Shown: piece after piece, positions 46,948 to 56,774 of the stretch
Position numbering within the stretch: the stretch's first letter is position 1
Layout: each line of letters starts with the position of its first letter
Assembly (NCBI GenBank): GCA_964450385.1
Contig: CAYVEC010000001.1
Location: forward strand, 26,957-90,956
Direction: 5' to 3'
Source of the DNA: an uncultured Planctomycetales bacterium
GTDB lineage: Bacteria > Omnitrophota > Gorgyraeia > Zapsychrales > JANLHA01
Length of the DNA: 64,000 nt
Notes under the pieces: generated by a model
Seen by the model: only the letters and a program-made list of their open reading frames with translations
Told to the model about the DNA's origin: nothing
The model's database searches: none
Position numbers and translations under genes: made by a program

Positions 46948-47622
46948 ATGATTGAGCCACCCATGACTCGACCTGAGTATGATCAAAAATATCGATGGAG
47001 CGGGATCCTTGAATGTCCGTGGGTCTCACGTGTTCAGCGCGATCTCTTGGATTATGGACGGGTTCAGGGTCTGCGTCGTGTGACGGACGCCTTTGCGGGC
47101 GCGTCGTTTCTCGATGTCGGCTGCGGGCTCGGTGATACGGTTGAGGCTGTATTTGGGTCGTATGTGGGGATCGATAACAGCCCGGGGCGGGTGGCCTACG
47201 CGCGGCGTCGGTATTCAACGGCCTGTTTTGTTGTGGGTGATGCGGTGGCCTTGCCGTTCCGGGATAACGCGGTTGATGTGGGACTGCTGATCGATACGTC
47301 ACACCACCTCTCAGACACGGCGTTGTGGCGGGTTTTAACAGAATTGGCTCGGGTGTGCCGCGGTCATATTGTTGTCAGTGATCCGGTGACGTTTGAGGGG
47401 CAGGGCCCGGTCAGTCGTTTTTTTTATGGGCTTGACCGCGGCGGGGCTTTTCGGTCGGTGGATACGATGCGTCAACTTTGCTCGGGCCTCGATGCCTTGA
47501 GGCTTGAATCAGAGGAGCGCTTTGATACATTCCCGGGGATCTATCGTCACCATGCCTTTGTCTTCTCGGTTCGGTCATCTGAGGGGAAGACCGGTGATGA
47601 AGGTGGGCGGGTTAACGCTTAA
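46948..47622 (+). CDS. Class I SAM-dependent methyltransferase
   Basis: Motif I FLDVGCGLGDT. Post-I acidic residue. Motif II region (VVGDAVALPFRDNAVDV). 224 aa. Confidence 0.65.
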   Translation: MIEPPMTRPEYDQKYRWSGILECPWVSRVQRDLLDYGRVQGLRRVTDAFAGASFLDVGCGLGDTVEAVFGSYVGIDNSPGRVAYARRRYSTACFVVGDAVALPFRDNAVDVGLLIDTSHHLSDTALWRVLTELARVCRGHIVVSDPVTFEGQGPVSRFFYGLDRGGAFRSVDTMRQLCSGLDALRLESEERFDTFPGIYRHHAFVFSVRSSEGKTGDEGGRVNA

Positions 47623-47639
47623 TGGCGGGGGGCGTGGAG

Positions 47640-48812
47640 ATGACAATTGATAGACGGATGAAACGATACGTGATCGGTGCGGCGGTGCTGATCTTCGTCG
47701 GAGCGGGCCCGGGATTCGCCCAGGCGCCGGTCGCGGACTACGGGGCCCGAAAGGAAAAGGTGCTGCGCGAAACAGAGCATCGCCAGCGGAGTGAGCTGAT
47801 CTCGCAGGTGAGCCGGACCTATCGCGAGATGGTCTCGTCATTTAAGGCGAAGAGCGTTGAGCACGGGGAAGAGATGTCCCTGGAGCTCTCGCGGCTGCTC
47901 GAGGATCCATTGTTGCCCGCGGAATTCGCAGCCCGGATCCGTCACAAGCAGGCGCGTTTTCTTGATCGGGTTTACGGCCGTCAGACGCAGGCCCTGCTTG
48001 ACTTTCCTGTTGATGATGAGCTTCGTGATGAGGAGGTTCAGGCGATTCAGGCGCGTCTTGATGGGCCGCGCCCGCAATCGCCCGTTGCCTCGGCTCTAGT
48101 GACGCCGGCTGATCCGATGGGGGACGAGGCGAAAGGATTTGAGGACGGTGATGTGCGGCAGCGTGAGCGAGCGGAGCGTCGGGAGGAAAAACGGCGTGTC
48201 CGTGAGGCGGACCGCCGGGAGGTTCGCCACCAAAAGGAGGCGGCCCGCTTAGCGCGTGCCGCAGAAAGAGCAGCGAAGAAGACCGCGAGGAAGGCAGAGC
48301 GCGATCAGACACGTCAGAAAAAACGGCTCGGGGAGGCCTCGTCTGCCGCCCAGACAGATCAGGCGGAGCAGGAGCTCGACGCGTACTTGGCCGAGACCCG
48401 GTCGGCGCATCGTGCCGCTGACCAGAAGCTGACGGAGATTGAAACAAAGATGATGGAGAACCGCCAGGCGGTTGTTGATGAGTTTGTTCGTAAATATCGG
48501 TCGGAATTGATGGCGCGGCGCAAGGACCTCAAGGCGAAATTTGATGACCAGCTTGAGGCGCTTTATGAGGACGGGGTGGCGTTATACAAAAATAAGGCCT
48601 ATCGCAAGGCCTGGGATATTTTATCCGAGGTGGAACGGATTCAGCCGGATTATAAAAAGACCCGGTCATATCTTGCCTCGATCGAACCCTTTATTCGGAT
48701 CGATACTGTGGATCAAAAACGGCATCTTGTGGATTCGGTCCTGGATTCATTTGATCAGGCCATAACCCCGTCGGTGGATGAGCAAGGAGGGCGTAGCAAT
48801 GAAAGTGATTAA
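47640..48812 (+). CDS. Hypothetical secreted coiled-coil protein with a highly charged Arg/Glu-rich segment
   Basis: Signal peptide MTIDRRMKRYVIGAAVLIFVGAGPGFAQAP. RERAERREEKRRVREADRREVRHQKEAARLARAAERAAKKTARKAERDQTRQKKR. Confidence 0.45.
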   Translation: MTIDRRMKRYVIGAAVLIFVGAGPGFAQAPVADYGARKEKVLRETEHRQRSELISQVSRTYREMVSSFKAKSVEHGEEMSLELSRLLEDPLLPAEFAARIRHKQARFLDRVYGRQTQALLDFPVDDELRDEEVQAIQARLDGPRPQSPVASALVTPADPMGDEAKGFEDGDVRQRERAERREEKRRVREADRREVRHQKEAARLARAAERAAKKTARKAERDQTRQKKRLGEASSAAQTDQAEQELDAYLAETRSAHRAADQKLTEIETKMMENRQAVVDEFVRKYRSELMARRKDLKAKFDDQLEALYEDGVALYKNKAYRKAWDILSEVERIQPDYKKTRSYLASIEPFIRIDTVDQKRHLVDSVLDSFDQAITPSVDEQGGRSNESD

Positions 48813-50643
48813 GATTATCTTTGTCTGTTTATTTGTTCTCTTCATTCTCCTGGGTATCGGTGTCGTTGTCGCGGTCAAGACCTTTAATATTGATCAGTAC
48901 CGCGAAAGGATTGCTCAGGCGGCAACGGATCAGCTTGGACGCAAGGTCGGGATCGGCAAGTTGGCGATGTCGGTCTCGCTCACGCGCGGGATTCGGCTTC
49001 ATGTTAATCGCTTGATGGTTGAGGACAGGACCCTGTCTCCGCAGGGGATCCAGGCAACCGTCGAGGGGATCGAGCTTCAGCTGTCGATCGATCGTTTGCT
49101 TAAAAAGCGGGAGGTGGCTTTTTCTAAGATCCAGATCCTTCGTCCTGAGGTGAAGGTTGATCTGGCACGGCTCTTGGCGGATGGTGATGCAAAAGGACCG
49201 GGGGAGGGTGAACAACCATCGATGGCTGAGCCAGTCCAGGGATCGACCGGGCGGGCGGCGGTCCCGGCGAATCTAGCGGTCATTATTGATGATTTTTCGA
49301 TTCAAGACGGGCGGGTCGAGATCCTGCCTGACGGCAAGACCCTTGCCGTACCGGTCGTGCTTGATCAGATCGTTGCCGGGGTGAAGGGGTTTTCGTTAAC
49401 GGATCCCTCGCTCTTTTCTCTCACATGCCGTGCCCTCGGGGTTCCGCGGGCGATCGATATTCAGGGTGAGATGAGGGTTGATGCCGTAAACCAGCAGCTG
49501 AGCCTGAAGGAGGTGACGGTCGGGGTTGACCTTTCAAAATTTTCCTGGGCGGATATTGTGGCTGTGGTCCCGGCGGCTGCGGAGGTCAGGGAACTAAAAG
49601 GACAGCTCTCGGTGCGTCTGAACCAGGCCCTGATCACGGCGCAAGGGGTTCCTGAGCTGGATCTCAAAGGGTCTTGGACGAATGGAGAGGTCGCTCTTAA
49701 GAGTCTTCCCCAGAAGATTTCCGGGATTGAGGTCTTGGCTGAATATAATCAGCCGCATCTTCAAAATGTGAGAGCGGGGTGCCAATATGCCGGCGGAACG
49801 ATCGCGGCTACAGGGAATGTCCGTGACGTGGTATCAGCCCAACGGTATGATGCGGTGATCGAACTCCGCGGTGTTCGGCTCCAGGACCTTGGTCTGCCGA
49901 GTCAGGGGGAGATGTCCGTTGCCGGGGGGATCGACGGCACGGTCAGTCTCCGTGGAGAGGGGTTATCACCGGAGAAGATCCTGGCCGCGTTAACTGCTGA
50001 CGGAGGGATCCAGGTCTCGGAGATGAGGCTGCAGAATTTTAATGTGCTGCGTTCTATCTTGAGTCAAATGTCGATGATCCCAGGTCTTGCCGATCAGGTT
50101 CAGACGGCATTGCCCGCGCGCTACAGCGAGGTGCTCGAACGGAATGATACCCTGTTCCAGGGCGTCGCGGTTACGCTCGGGATGCGCGACGGGACGGTGT
50201 CGATCCCATCGACTGAGATCGGATCGGATGTGTTTGTGTTGAACGCGGCGATGTCAGTGACACTCGAGCAGGTTCTCGCGTTTCAGGGGAAAGTTCGGCT
50301 GCCGGCGGATATCTCTAGAGCGGTCCTTGGCTCGGTGCCTCAGCTGAAGGCCTTGGTGAATGCCCAGGGCGAGATCGTGATCCCGCTTGCCGGATATAGC
50401 GGGCCAGCCGCATCGTTTCGACCGATGCCTGACCTTGCCGCGTTAACGAAAGTGATCCTCATCGATCAGGGGAAGGACCAGTTGAAAGATGCCCTTAAGG
50501 GGATCTTCGGACAGAAACCTTCGAGTGTTGGGGGGGAGGGCGAGGCGCCGGCTTCATCTTCGGAAGAGGGGGTCCCGCAGCCCGAGACACGGCCCGTTGA
50601 AGAACAGGTCGTGGATAAAATTTTTGGTACGATTTTTCAATGA
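48799..50643 (+). CDS. AsmA-family outer-membrane biogenesis protein
   Basis: N-terminal TM MKVIKIIFVCLFVLFILLGIGVVVAV followed by an AsmA-like beta-rich periplasmic domain. AAGGAGGG SD. Confidence 0.55.
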   Translation: MKVIKIIFVCLFVLFILLGIGVVVAVKTFNIDQYRERIAQAATDQLGRKVGIGKLAMSVSLTRGIRLHVNRLMVEDRTLSPQGIQATVEGIELQLSIDRLLKKREVAFSKIQILRPEVKVDLARLLADGDAKGPGEGEQPSMAEPVQGSTGRAAVPANLAVIIDDFSIQDGRVEILPDGKTLAVPVVLDQIVAGVKGFSLTDPSLFSLTCRALGVPRAIDIQGEMRVDAVNQQLSLKEVTVGVDLSKFSWADIVAVVPAAAEVRELKGQLSVRLNQALITAQGVPELDLKGSWTNGEVALKSLPQKISGIEVLAEYNQPHLQNVRAGCQYAGGTIAATGNVRDVVSAQRYDAVIELRGVRLQDLGLPSQGEMSVAGGIDGTVSLRGEGLSPEKILAALTADGGIQVSEMRLQNFNVLRSILSQMSMIPGLADQVQTALPARYSEVLERNDTLFQGVAVTLGMRDGTVSIPSTEIGSDVFVLNAAMSVTLEQVLAFQGKVRLPADISRAVLGSVPQLKALVNAQGEIVIPLAGYSGPAASFRPMPDLAALTKVILIDQGKDQLKDALKGIFGQKPSSVGGEGEAPASSSEEGVPQPETRPVEEQVVDKIFGTIFQ

Positions 50644-50678
50644 GGACAGATCGCACGCCGGTGCGATGAGGAGGACGG

Positions 50679-52478
50679 GTGAAGGATTTCACGCCCAGAA
50701 ATAGACGTGGATCCCTGATGGGGCTCGCGGTCCTTGCGGCGCTGTTTGTGACCGTGAAGGCCTTTGGTCCGGCCTGGATCGAGGCGCTTTTTCGGGCGGG
50801 TCATTATGCCTTTTTAAATGCGATCACCTTTACGCAGGGTGATCCGGGGCTTGATTTTTATCTTGGGCGGAGCCGCGAGACGTTCTTGGGTCCGATCCTT
50901 CAGATCGTCTCCGCATGGTGGCTTGTCGTGTTTATCGCGCGTTACGCGGCCGGGTGGTCGACGAGGCGTTTTTTTCTATTGATTTTCCTATTCATTATAG
51001 GGACGCGGCCTGAGGCGTTGATGTTCCCGCTGTACGGCGACGCGATCGGCGGGCCGTTCGCTGAGGCGTGGTGGCTGGCCCATCACGGGTTCGATTATCC
51101 GGGTCTGTTCCAGGAACCGGGATATGCCGAGGGCGGGGCCAAGGTCTATATTTTTTCTATCTTTCCGACGTATCTAGCCCTTACGATGAGGTTGTTTCGA
51201 TGGACCCCGCTTGTGCTTGCGGTGAATCATCTTGTGTTCTTCGCGATGGGCGCTGCGATGGTCGCGGTCTTGCGGGACATGATCCGGCGGGTGATCGATG
51301 AGCCGATCGCGAGTTGGGGGAGTCTGATCCTTCTCTTCTCACCGCTGTTCCAGAGTCAGACCGAGGCGATCAATATGGAGATCCCGTGTGCTTTTTTTCT
51401 TCTCTTGAGCATGCGGGCGCTTCAGGAGGGGCACATGAACAGGGCCGGGATTTTTTCAGTCCTCGCGACCCTGGTGAAGGGGAGCGGGGTGATCGGTCCT
51501 GCGGTCGTCGGGGGGACCGCGCTGCTGAGATGTCTGTTGCGTGAGAACCGGCGGACATGGAAAAGCGAGCTGTCCTGGGCCGCGGGTCTGTTCATCATGG
51601 GGTTCTTTATCGTGGCGGTGAAATTTTTTTTAAAGGATCAACATGCGGCAGCCGGGATGATCCGCTGTTTTAGAGGGTGGCCGTCGCTCCTCGTCATCAT
51701 GGTCTCGCGATATTTTTTGGCGGCGGTCGCGGTGATCGCCTTGGTCGGCCTCGGCCGTTTTATGAAAGGCGGATGGTGGCGGGCCTGGTTCGAACAGGGC
51801 CGGCACTTTTATTCGCGCGACCTCGCGATTGTGTTCGGATGCGCCCTCGCGTGGTTTCTCCTCTTTTTGAATTTTTATGCGGTCTCTCCGAGGTATCAGA
51901 TCACGCTTTATCCTTTCCTCCTGTATCTTTGCATTGTTGCGGCATGCCTGATCCTGACGGGTGATCGGGCCCGGGGGATCGCCTGCGTTGTCGCGGTCAC
52001 GATCGCGGGACTTATCGCGTATGGGCCGTATCGCCATCCGCGCGTCGACAGCGATCACGTGCAGTTAGAAGAGGACCTTGGGTACCGAAGCGATATGGAA
52101 TTGAACCGCAGGATTGCACGGGTCCTTGAGGAGCGGTATCCGACCGAACATATTGTGGCCCCGTTTATTACGGCCCAGATGCTCGCGCTGCCCGAGGTCG
52201 GCTACATGAGGCAGCATCGTGAGGTGACGATCTATGGGTTTGCCTGCCGGTATGGCGGGATCCGGACGTATGCCGGATGGGATGCGTTGGACCTGTCACA
52301 GACGGTTTTTGTCGGTCAGCGACCGGCCCTTTTGGGGGATGCGGACGGCTTTATGCTCACCCCTCGGGATGAGGTCTTGGAGACGATTCAATGGGGCCAT
52401 CGTAAGGCCGTGATTTTTCGCGGTGGGGTTTTGATCGAGTATGTGTATCGCCGGATGCATGGCGCGGGGCGCGAGTGA
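50679..52478 (+). CDS. Polytopic membrane protein, probable GT-C fold glycosyltransferase (ArnT/PMT-like)
   Basis: About 12 predicted TM helices. Periplasmic loop with acidic DxD-like motifs. Located directly upstream of a polyprenyl-phosphate GT2. Confidence 0.45.
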   Translation: MKDFTPRNRRGSLMGLAVLAALFVTVKAFGPAWIEALFRAGHYAFLNAITFTQGDPGLDFYLGRSRETFLGPILQIVSAWWLVVFIARYAAGWSTRRFFLLIFLFIIGTRPEALMFPLYGDAIGGPFAEAWWLAHHGFDYPGLFQEPGYAEGGAKVYIFSIFPTYLALTMRLFRWTPLVLAVNHLVFFAMGAAMVAVLRDMIRRVIDEPIASWGSLILLFSPLFQSQTEAINMEIPCAFFLLLSMRALQEGHMNRAGIFSVLATLVKGSGVIGPAVVGGTALLRCLLRENRRTWKSELSWAAGLFIMGFFIVAVKFFLKDQHAAAGMIRCFRGWPSLLVIMVSRYFLAAVAVIALVGLGRFMKGGWWRAWFEQGRHFYSRDLAIVFGCALAWFLLFLNFYAVSPRYQITLYPFLLYLCIVAACLILTGDRARGIACVVAVTIAGLIAYGPYRHPRVDSDHVQLEEDLGYRSDMELNRRIARVLEERYPTEHIVAPFITAQMLALPEVGYMRQHREVTIYGFACRYGGIRTYAGWDALDLSQTVFVGQRPALLGDADGFMLTPRDEVLETIQWGHRKAVIFRGGVLIEYVYRRMHGAGRE

Positions 52479-52511
52479 TCCGGATGGGGTCGTGATCTAA
52501 AGGGAGATACC

Positions 52512-53480
52512 ATGGAACAGGAGACCTGTGATATCGCGGTGGTGGTGCCGGTCTATAATGAGGAAGAGGTCCTGACAGGTTTTTATGAACGGGCGGGCCT
52601 TGTTCTTGAATCTCTTGGGCTGGCCTATCGGATCGTTTTTGTCGATGACGGGAGCGTTGACCGGACATTCGATCGGCTCCAGGACATCTACGCACGGGAC
52701 TCGCGGCACGTGCGGATCGTCAGCCTGGCCAGGAATTTCGGCCATCAGTTGGCGATCACGGCTGGGTTGCGCGCGGCAGGGGGAGGCGGGATCGGCGCGT
52801 GTGCGGTCGTGGTCATGGACTGTGATCTTCAGGACCCTCCGGAGGTGATGAGGGAATTCGTTCAGGCCTGGCGCGAGGGATATGATGTTGTCTATGGAGT
52901 CCGGACCCGGCGGGAAGGAGAGAGCCTGTTCAAACGCGCGAGCGCCAAGGTTTTTTATCGCCTGATCCGAATGCTCACGAAGGTTGATATCCCGGCGGAT
53001 GCTGGGGATTTTTATTTGATGGACCGGAAGGTCGTTGATGTCCTTAATCGAATGGAAGAGCGGCATCGATTTATGCGCGGGCTGTTGGCCTGGACTGGTT
53101 TTCGGCGGTTGGGCGTGCCGTATATCCGTCAGGCCAGGGCTGCAGGACGGACCAAATATACCCTGCTTCGGATGATCCGATTTTCCTTTGACGCTCTGAC
53201 CTCGTTTTCGTTCTTTCCGCTCCGCTGTATCGCGCTTGTCGGGGCTGTCATGTCGTGCGTCGCTGCTGTTGGGATCGGCTGGATCATGTTCTTGAAATTA
53301 TTTACAACGGCCACGGTTCAGGGGTGGTCCTCCTTGATGGCCGCTGTTTTATTTATCGGAGGACTTCAACTTCTTGGATTGGGGATTATCGGAGAATATC
53401 TCGCGAGGATCGGTGACGATATTCGCCGCCGGCCGCTGTATACGGTGCGCCAGACGCTTGGGATCGACCCGCCGGCATGA
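52512..53480 (+). CDS. Polyprenyl-phosphate glycosyltransferase (GT2; ArnC/GtrB/DPM1-like)
   Basis: DIAVVVPVYNEEEVL. FVDDGSVDRT. DCDLQDPPE (DxD). Two C-terminal TM helices. Confidence 0.75.
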   Translation: MEQETCDIAVVVPVYNEEEVLTGFYERAGLVLESLGLAYRIVFVDDGSVDRTFDRLQDIYARDSRHVRIVSLARNFGHQLAITAGLRAAGGGGIGACAVVVMDCDLQDPPEVMREFVQAWREGYDVVYGVRTRREGESLFKRASAKVFYRLIRMLTKVDIPADAGDFYLMDRKVVDVLNRMEERHRFMRGLLAWTGFRRLGVPYIRQARAAGRTKYTLLRMIRFSFDALTSFSFFPLRCIALVGAVMSCVAAVGIGWIMFLKLFTTATVQGWSSLMAAVLFIGGLQLLGLGIIGEYLARIGDDIRRRPLYTVRQTLGIDPPA

Positions 53481-53639
53481 TCGAGGCCGTGGGGAGGCAA
53501 AAAATAACTGCTTGTTGTTTAAAACAGAAATCAGTATAATAAGGGCCTAATCAGCTTCGAGCCGTTATCGAGGACGTGTCAGGCAGAGCCGGACTCGTCA
53601 GCGCATCATAGAAGACACACATTACGAAAGGAACCCGGT

Positions 53640-54311
53640 ATGTTTCGCAAAAAGGCACGGAGGCGTCTCTATCTGCGGATTACGATGCTGAGCATTATTT
53701 TTGTTCTGCTCGCCTGGGCAAGTTTTCTCTTCATGCAGAATTACAATAGCGTCAGCCTGTCCCAAAAGATGATGAACGCGATCATCAATAATAAGACCGA
53801 ACTGGCCATGAAATATGCCCGTCAGCTTGGATTGATTGAGGAGGACCTTGAGAAGACCCGGGATTTTGTGAGCGATCTTGAGACCGAGAACCGTCAGCTG
53901 AAGGAAAAGCTTGCCCTGTTGTCACAGCTCCAGAATCTTGAGGCTGAGATCGATTCGTTGCGTCAGCAGAATGAGGCCCTTACCGGGAGCAGTGAGCCAT
54001 CACAGCAGACCGCGTCCTTAGGGGTAGAACCGACGGGGCGAAAGCCGTGGGTCTTTGAGACAATCGAGCAGGGCAGGGCAATGCTTAAGGATCTTAGGTG
54101 TTCGTTCCGTAAGGTCAAGGCGCGGATGGGTGAGATCAAGGCCCAGGAGGTTGCGAAGAAGCGGCAGGCTCAGGCCGAGATCGATCGGGTGCGCAGCATG
54201 GTCGGGAATAACGGGTATGTGGTTCGAGACGGCAATCCCATGCCGATGACGATGCCGGAGGTGACGGATCAGGCGAGCGGGATCCAGGTCAATGTGAATT
54301 TTGTTAAATGA
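53640..54311 (+). CDS. Hypothetical membrane-anchored coiled-coil protein
   Basis: N-terminal TM LRITMLSIIFVLLAWASFLF. Leucine-heptad coiled coil (LETENRQLKEKLALLSQLQNLEAEIDSLRQQNEAL). Confidence 0.4.
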   Translation: MFRKKARRRLYLRITMLSIIFVLLAWASFLFMQNYNSVSLSQKMMNAIINNKTELAMKYARQLGLIEEDLEKTRDFVSDLETENRQLKEKLALLSQLQNLEAEIDSLRQQNEALTGSSEPSQQTASLGVEPTGRKPWVFETIEQGRAMLKDLRCSFRKVKARMGEIKAQEVAKKRQAQAEIDRVRSMVGNNGYVVRDGNPMPMTMPEVTDQASGIQVNVNFVK

Positions 54312-54337
54312 GCTATAGAGCGGGCTGGATGTCACGC

Positions 54338-54375
54338 GGAGGGTTGATCGAGGTTCAACAACCCTCCGTTTTTTA
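54338..54375 (+). terminator. Rho-independent terminator
   Basis: GGAGGGTTG-12 nt loop-CAACCCTCC followed by TTTTTT. Confidence 0.6.
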
Positions 54376-54420
54376 CTTATGCTGATTCAGAACACCCATA
54401 AGAAGGAAAAAGCCGGATCC

Positions 54421-55152
54421 ATGACAGTGAGCTTGGATGGCCGGGAGATCTGCTGTGATGTTTTTCGCTCTTCGCGGCGGCGGACCATGGAATTGAGCCT
54501 TTATGAAGGAGGCCGGGTCCGCACTGTTGTTCCATCGTGGGTGACCGAGACCGAGATCCGGCGGTTCATTCAGGATAAGGCAGGATGGCTCGCGCGGCGT
54601 CTTGCGGAATCTGGTGAGCGTCAACGTTACCTTGAGGGACGGCGATATGAGACCGGTCATGAATTTTTGTTTCTTGGGAAACCGTATGTGTTGTCTGTCC
54701 GGCCCTGTTCGCCTGGGAAGCGGCCGGGGATCGGTTTTGATGAGGGGGGGTGGACGGCCTTGGTGCCGCCGGGCAGGTCTCCGGATGAGCAGGCGCGGGA
54801 TGTGAAACGTCGCCTGATCGGATGGTATAAGGATCAGGCCCGGGAGCTTTTCGGCGTCCGGGTCTTTCATTACGGCCGCCAGATGTCGCTTGACCCGTTG
54901 GAGGTCTGTGTACGATGGCAGCGCTCGATTTGGGGGAGCTGTGTCTTGCGAAAACGGCTCATCAATTTGAACGGGATGCTCGTGATGGCGCCGCTCGGGG
55001 TCATCGATTACGTGATTGTTCATGAGCTAGCGCATTTGAGACACCCGAACCATTCATCACGTTTTTGGCAGGTGGTTGCGGAGTTTATTCCCGACTACCG
55101 GGGCTTTGAGGATTGGCTTAAACATCACCGATGGGAAATGCTCCTGCCTTAG
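54421..55152 (+). CDS. YgjP/DUF45-family metal-dependent hydrolase (WLM-like HExxH)
   Basis: C-terminal VIDYVIVHELAHLRHPNHSSRFW zinc-binding motif. N-terminal layout typical of the YgjP family. Confidence 0.7.
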   Translation: MTVSLDGREICCDVFRSSRRRTMELSLYEGGRVRTVVPSWVTETEIRRFIQDKAGWLARRLAESGERQRYLEGRRYETGHEFLFLGKPYVLSVRPCSPGKRPGIGFDEGGWTALVPPGRSPDEQARDVKRRLIGWYKDQARELFGVRVFHYGRQMSLDPLEVCVRWQRSIWGSCVLRKRLINLNGMLVMAPLGVIDYVIVHELAHLRHPNHSSRFWQVVAEFIPDYRGFEDWLKHHRWEMLLP

Positions 55153-55220
55153 CGGGCACGGGCTGTCCATGGTTTCATGGGATCTGATGCGGTCTCATGA
55201 AGAGACAAGGGGGAGGATTG

Positions 55221-55802
55221 ATGAATCATTTGATTGTGTACAGCCACCCGAATCCGAAGAGTTTTAATCATGCGATCTTAACGGTTTATGAAGAGGCCCT
55301 GAAGACGCGTGGGCATGCGGTCGTGGTCCGGGACCTTTATGCGATGGACTTTGATCCGGTCCTGAGCGCCCGCGATCTGTCCATGTTCCAAAAAGGCAGC
55401 GCCCCTGACGATATTCAGGAGGAGCAGCGGCATGTGAGCTGGGCCGAGGTGATCACCTTTATCTGCCCGATCTGGTGGGGCGGCTATACCTCGAATCTCC
55501 GCGGTTATATTGACCGGGTCTTTAGCCGCGGGTTTGCGTATCTCGAGACCGAGAAGGGGCTTCAGGGATTGTTCGGCGGCAAACGCCTTGTCATCATCAA
55601 TACCATGGGCGCACCGTTTGCCGTTTATGATCGGATCGGGATGCTCAAAAGCATGACCCAGACGAACGACGAATGTATGAGCAGTTTTTGCGGGATTCAG
55701 GTGGCGGCCCATAAATATTTCGGGAATGTCGTTAATTGTCCTGACAGCGAGCGTGAGGCCATGCTCAGTGAGGTCCGGTCTTTGGCTGAGTCGTTCGGCT
55801 AA
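55221..55802 (+). CDS. Flavodoxin-like-fold NAD(P)H-dependent oxidoreductase (NAD(P)H:quinone oxidoreductase/KefF-like)
   Basis: MNHLIVYSHPNPKSFNHAIL N-terminus. CPIWWGGYTSNLRGYIDRV FMN-site region. Confidence 0.7.
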   Translation: MNHLIVYSHPNPKSFNHAILTVYEEALKTRGHAVVVRDLYAMDFDPVLSARDLSMFQKGSAPDDIQEEQRHVSWAEVITFICPIWWGGYTSNLRGYIDRVFSRGFAYLETEKGLQGLFGGKRLVIINTMGAPFAVYDRIGMLKSMTQTNDECMSSFCGIQVAAHKYFGNVVNCPDSEREAMLSEVRSLAESFG

Positions 55803-55816
55803 GCAAAGGAGGGGGC

Positions 55817-56710
55817 ATGCGTTGGATCCTTGCGGCTGTTCTGGCGATCTGTTTTCTGGTGGGGGGTCTTGTTGTCTTTTTTCACGGATCGAACCTAGCC
55901 CTGATTGTCTCCTCGGGAGGGGGCGCCGAGCCCTTTCATGATTATGATGAGGGCGGAGTGCTCCGGCGGACGGGACTCAAGGTCAACGGCCGTCTCCATG
56001 GCGAGGTCAGGTCCTTTTTTCCTGACGGCGAGATCGAATCGATTGAGCGGTATCGTGACGGTCAGCTCCATGGCCGATGCCTGGCGTTCTATGAGAACGG
56101 AGAGAAAAAGAGCGAGAGCGCCTACCGATGGGGCCGGCTCCATGGGTGGTCGCGCGGGTATGCCGATTACGGGGTCCTGCGGCATGAGGCTCAATATCAG
56201 CATGGGGTCCTGTATGGCCTGGCCCGGGAGTATGATGCCCAAGGACGAAAGAAGATCCAATATCTTTACCGGGATGGAAAGCGAGAGGGGATCACCGCCG
56301 GGTTTGGCGATAATGGCCGCGTCCTCTATGAGCAGGAATACGTCAACGATAAACCAGAGGGCAAGTACCGTCAGTATTTTGATACCGGCGAACTTGAGAA
56401 AGAGATGACCCTGGTCAACGGCGTGCAGGCGGGGTTGATACGCACCTTTCATAAGAACGGCCAGGTGTCAAGGGAATGGTTCGCTCAGGACCAGATCGCG
56501 AACGGGCCGAGTTCGAACTATGATGAGCGTGGCAAACTGGTTGAGAGCGGGCAGTTCTGGCAGGGGCAGCCCGATGGGGAATTCAGTTTTTATCAGTCGG
56601 GCCGGGTGATCCACCGCAAGATCTTTGAACGCGGTCAGCTTGTTAAAAAGCAGTATTTTACTGAGGATGGAACATTTGAATATGAGGAGGACCTGAGGAA
56701 AAATGACTAA
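55817..56710 (+). CDS. Membrane-anchored MORN/YwqK-like repeat protein
   Basis: N-terminal TM. At least 8 tandem repeats of the xGxxxGxxxxYYxNGxxxxE/Y pattern (NGRLHGEVRSFFPDGEIES, DGQLHGRCLAFYENGEKKSES, ...). Confidence 0.55.
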   Translation: MRWILAAVLAICFLVGGLVVFFHGSNLALIVSSGGGAEPFHDYDEGGVLRRTGLKVNGRLHGEVRSFFPDGEIESIERYRDGQLHGRCLAFYENGEKKSESAYRWGRLHGWSRGYADYGVLRHEAQYQHGVLYGLAREYDAQGRKKIQYLYRDGKREGITAGFGDNGRVLYEQEYVNDKPEGKYRQYFDTGELEKEMTLVNGVQAGLIRTFHKNGQVSREWFAQDQIANGPSSNYDERGKLVESGQFWQGQPDGEFSFYQSGRVIHRKIFERGQLVKKQYFTEDGTFEYEEDLRKND

Positions 56711-56774
56711 AATTTCCTTAGGAAAAAAATATTTTGTATTAAAATACACATGAGGATAACCCAAGGGAGTCCCG

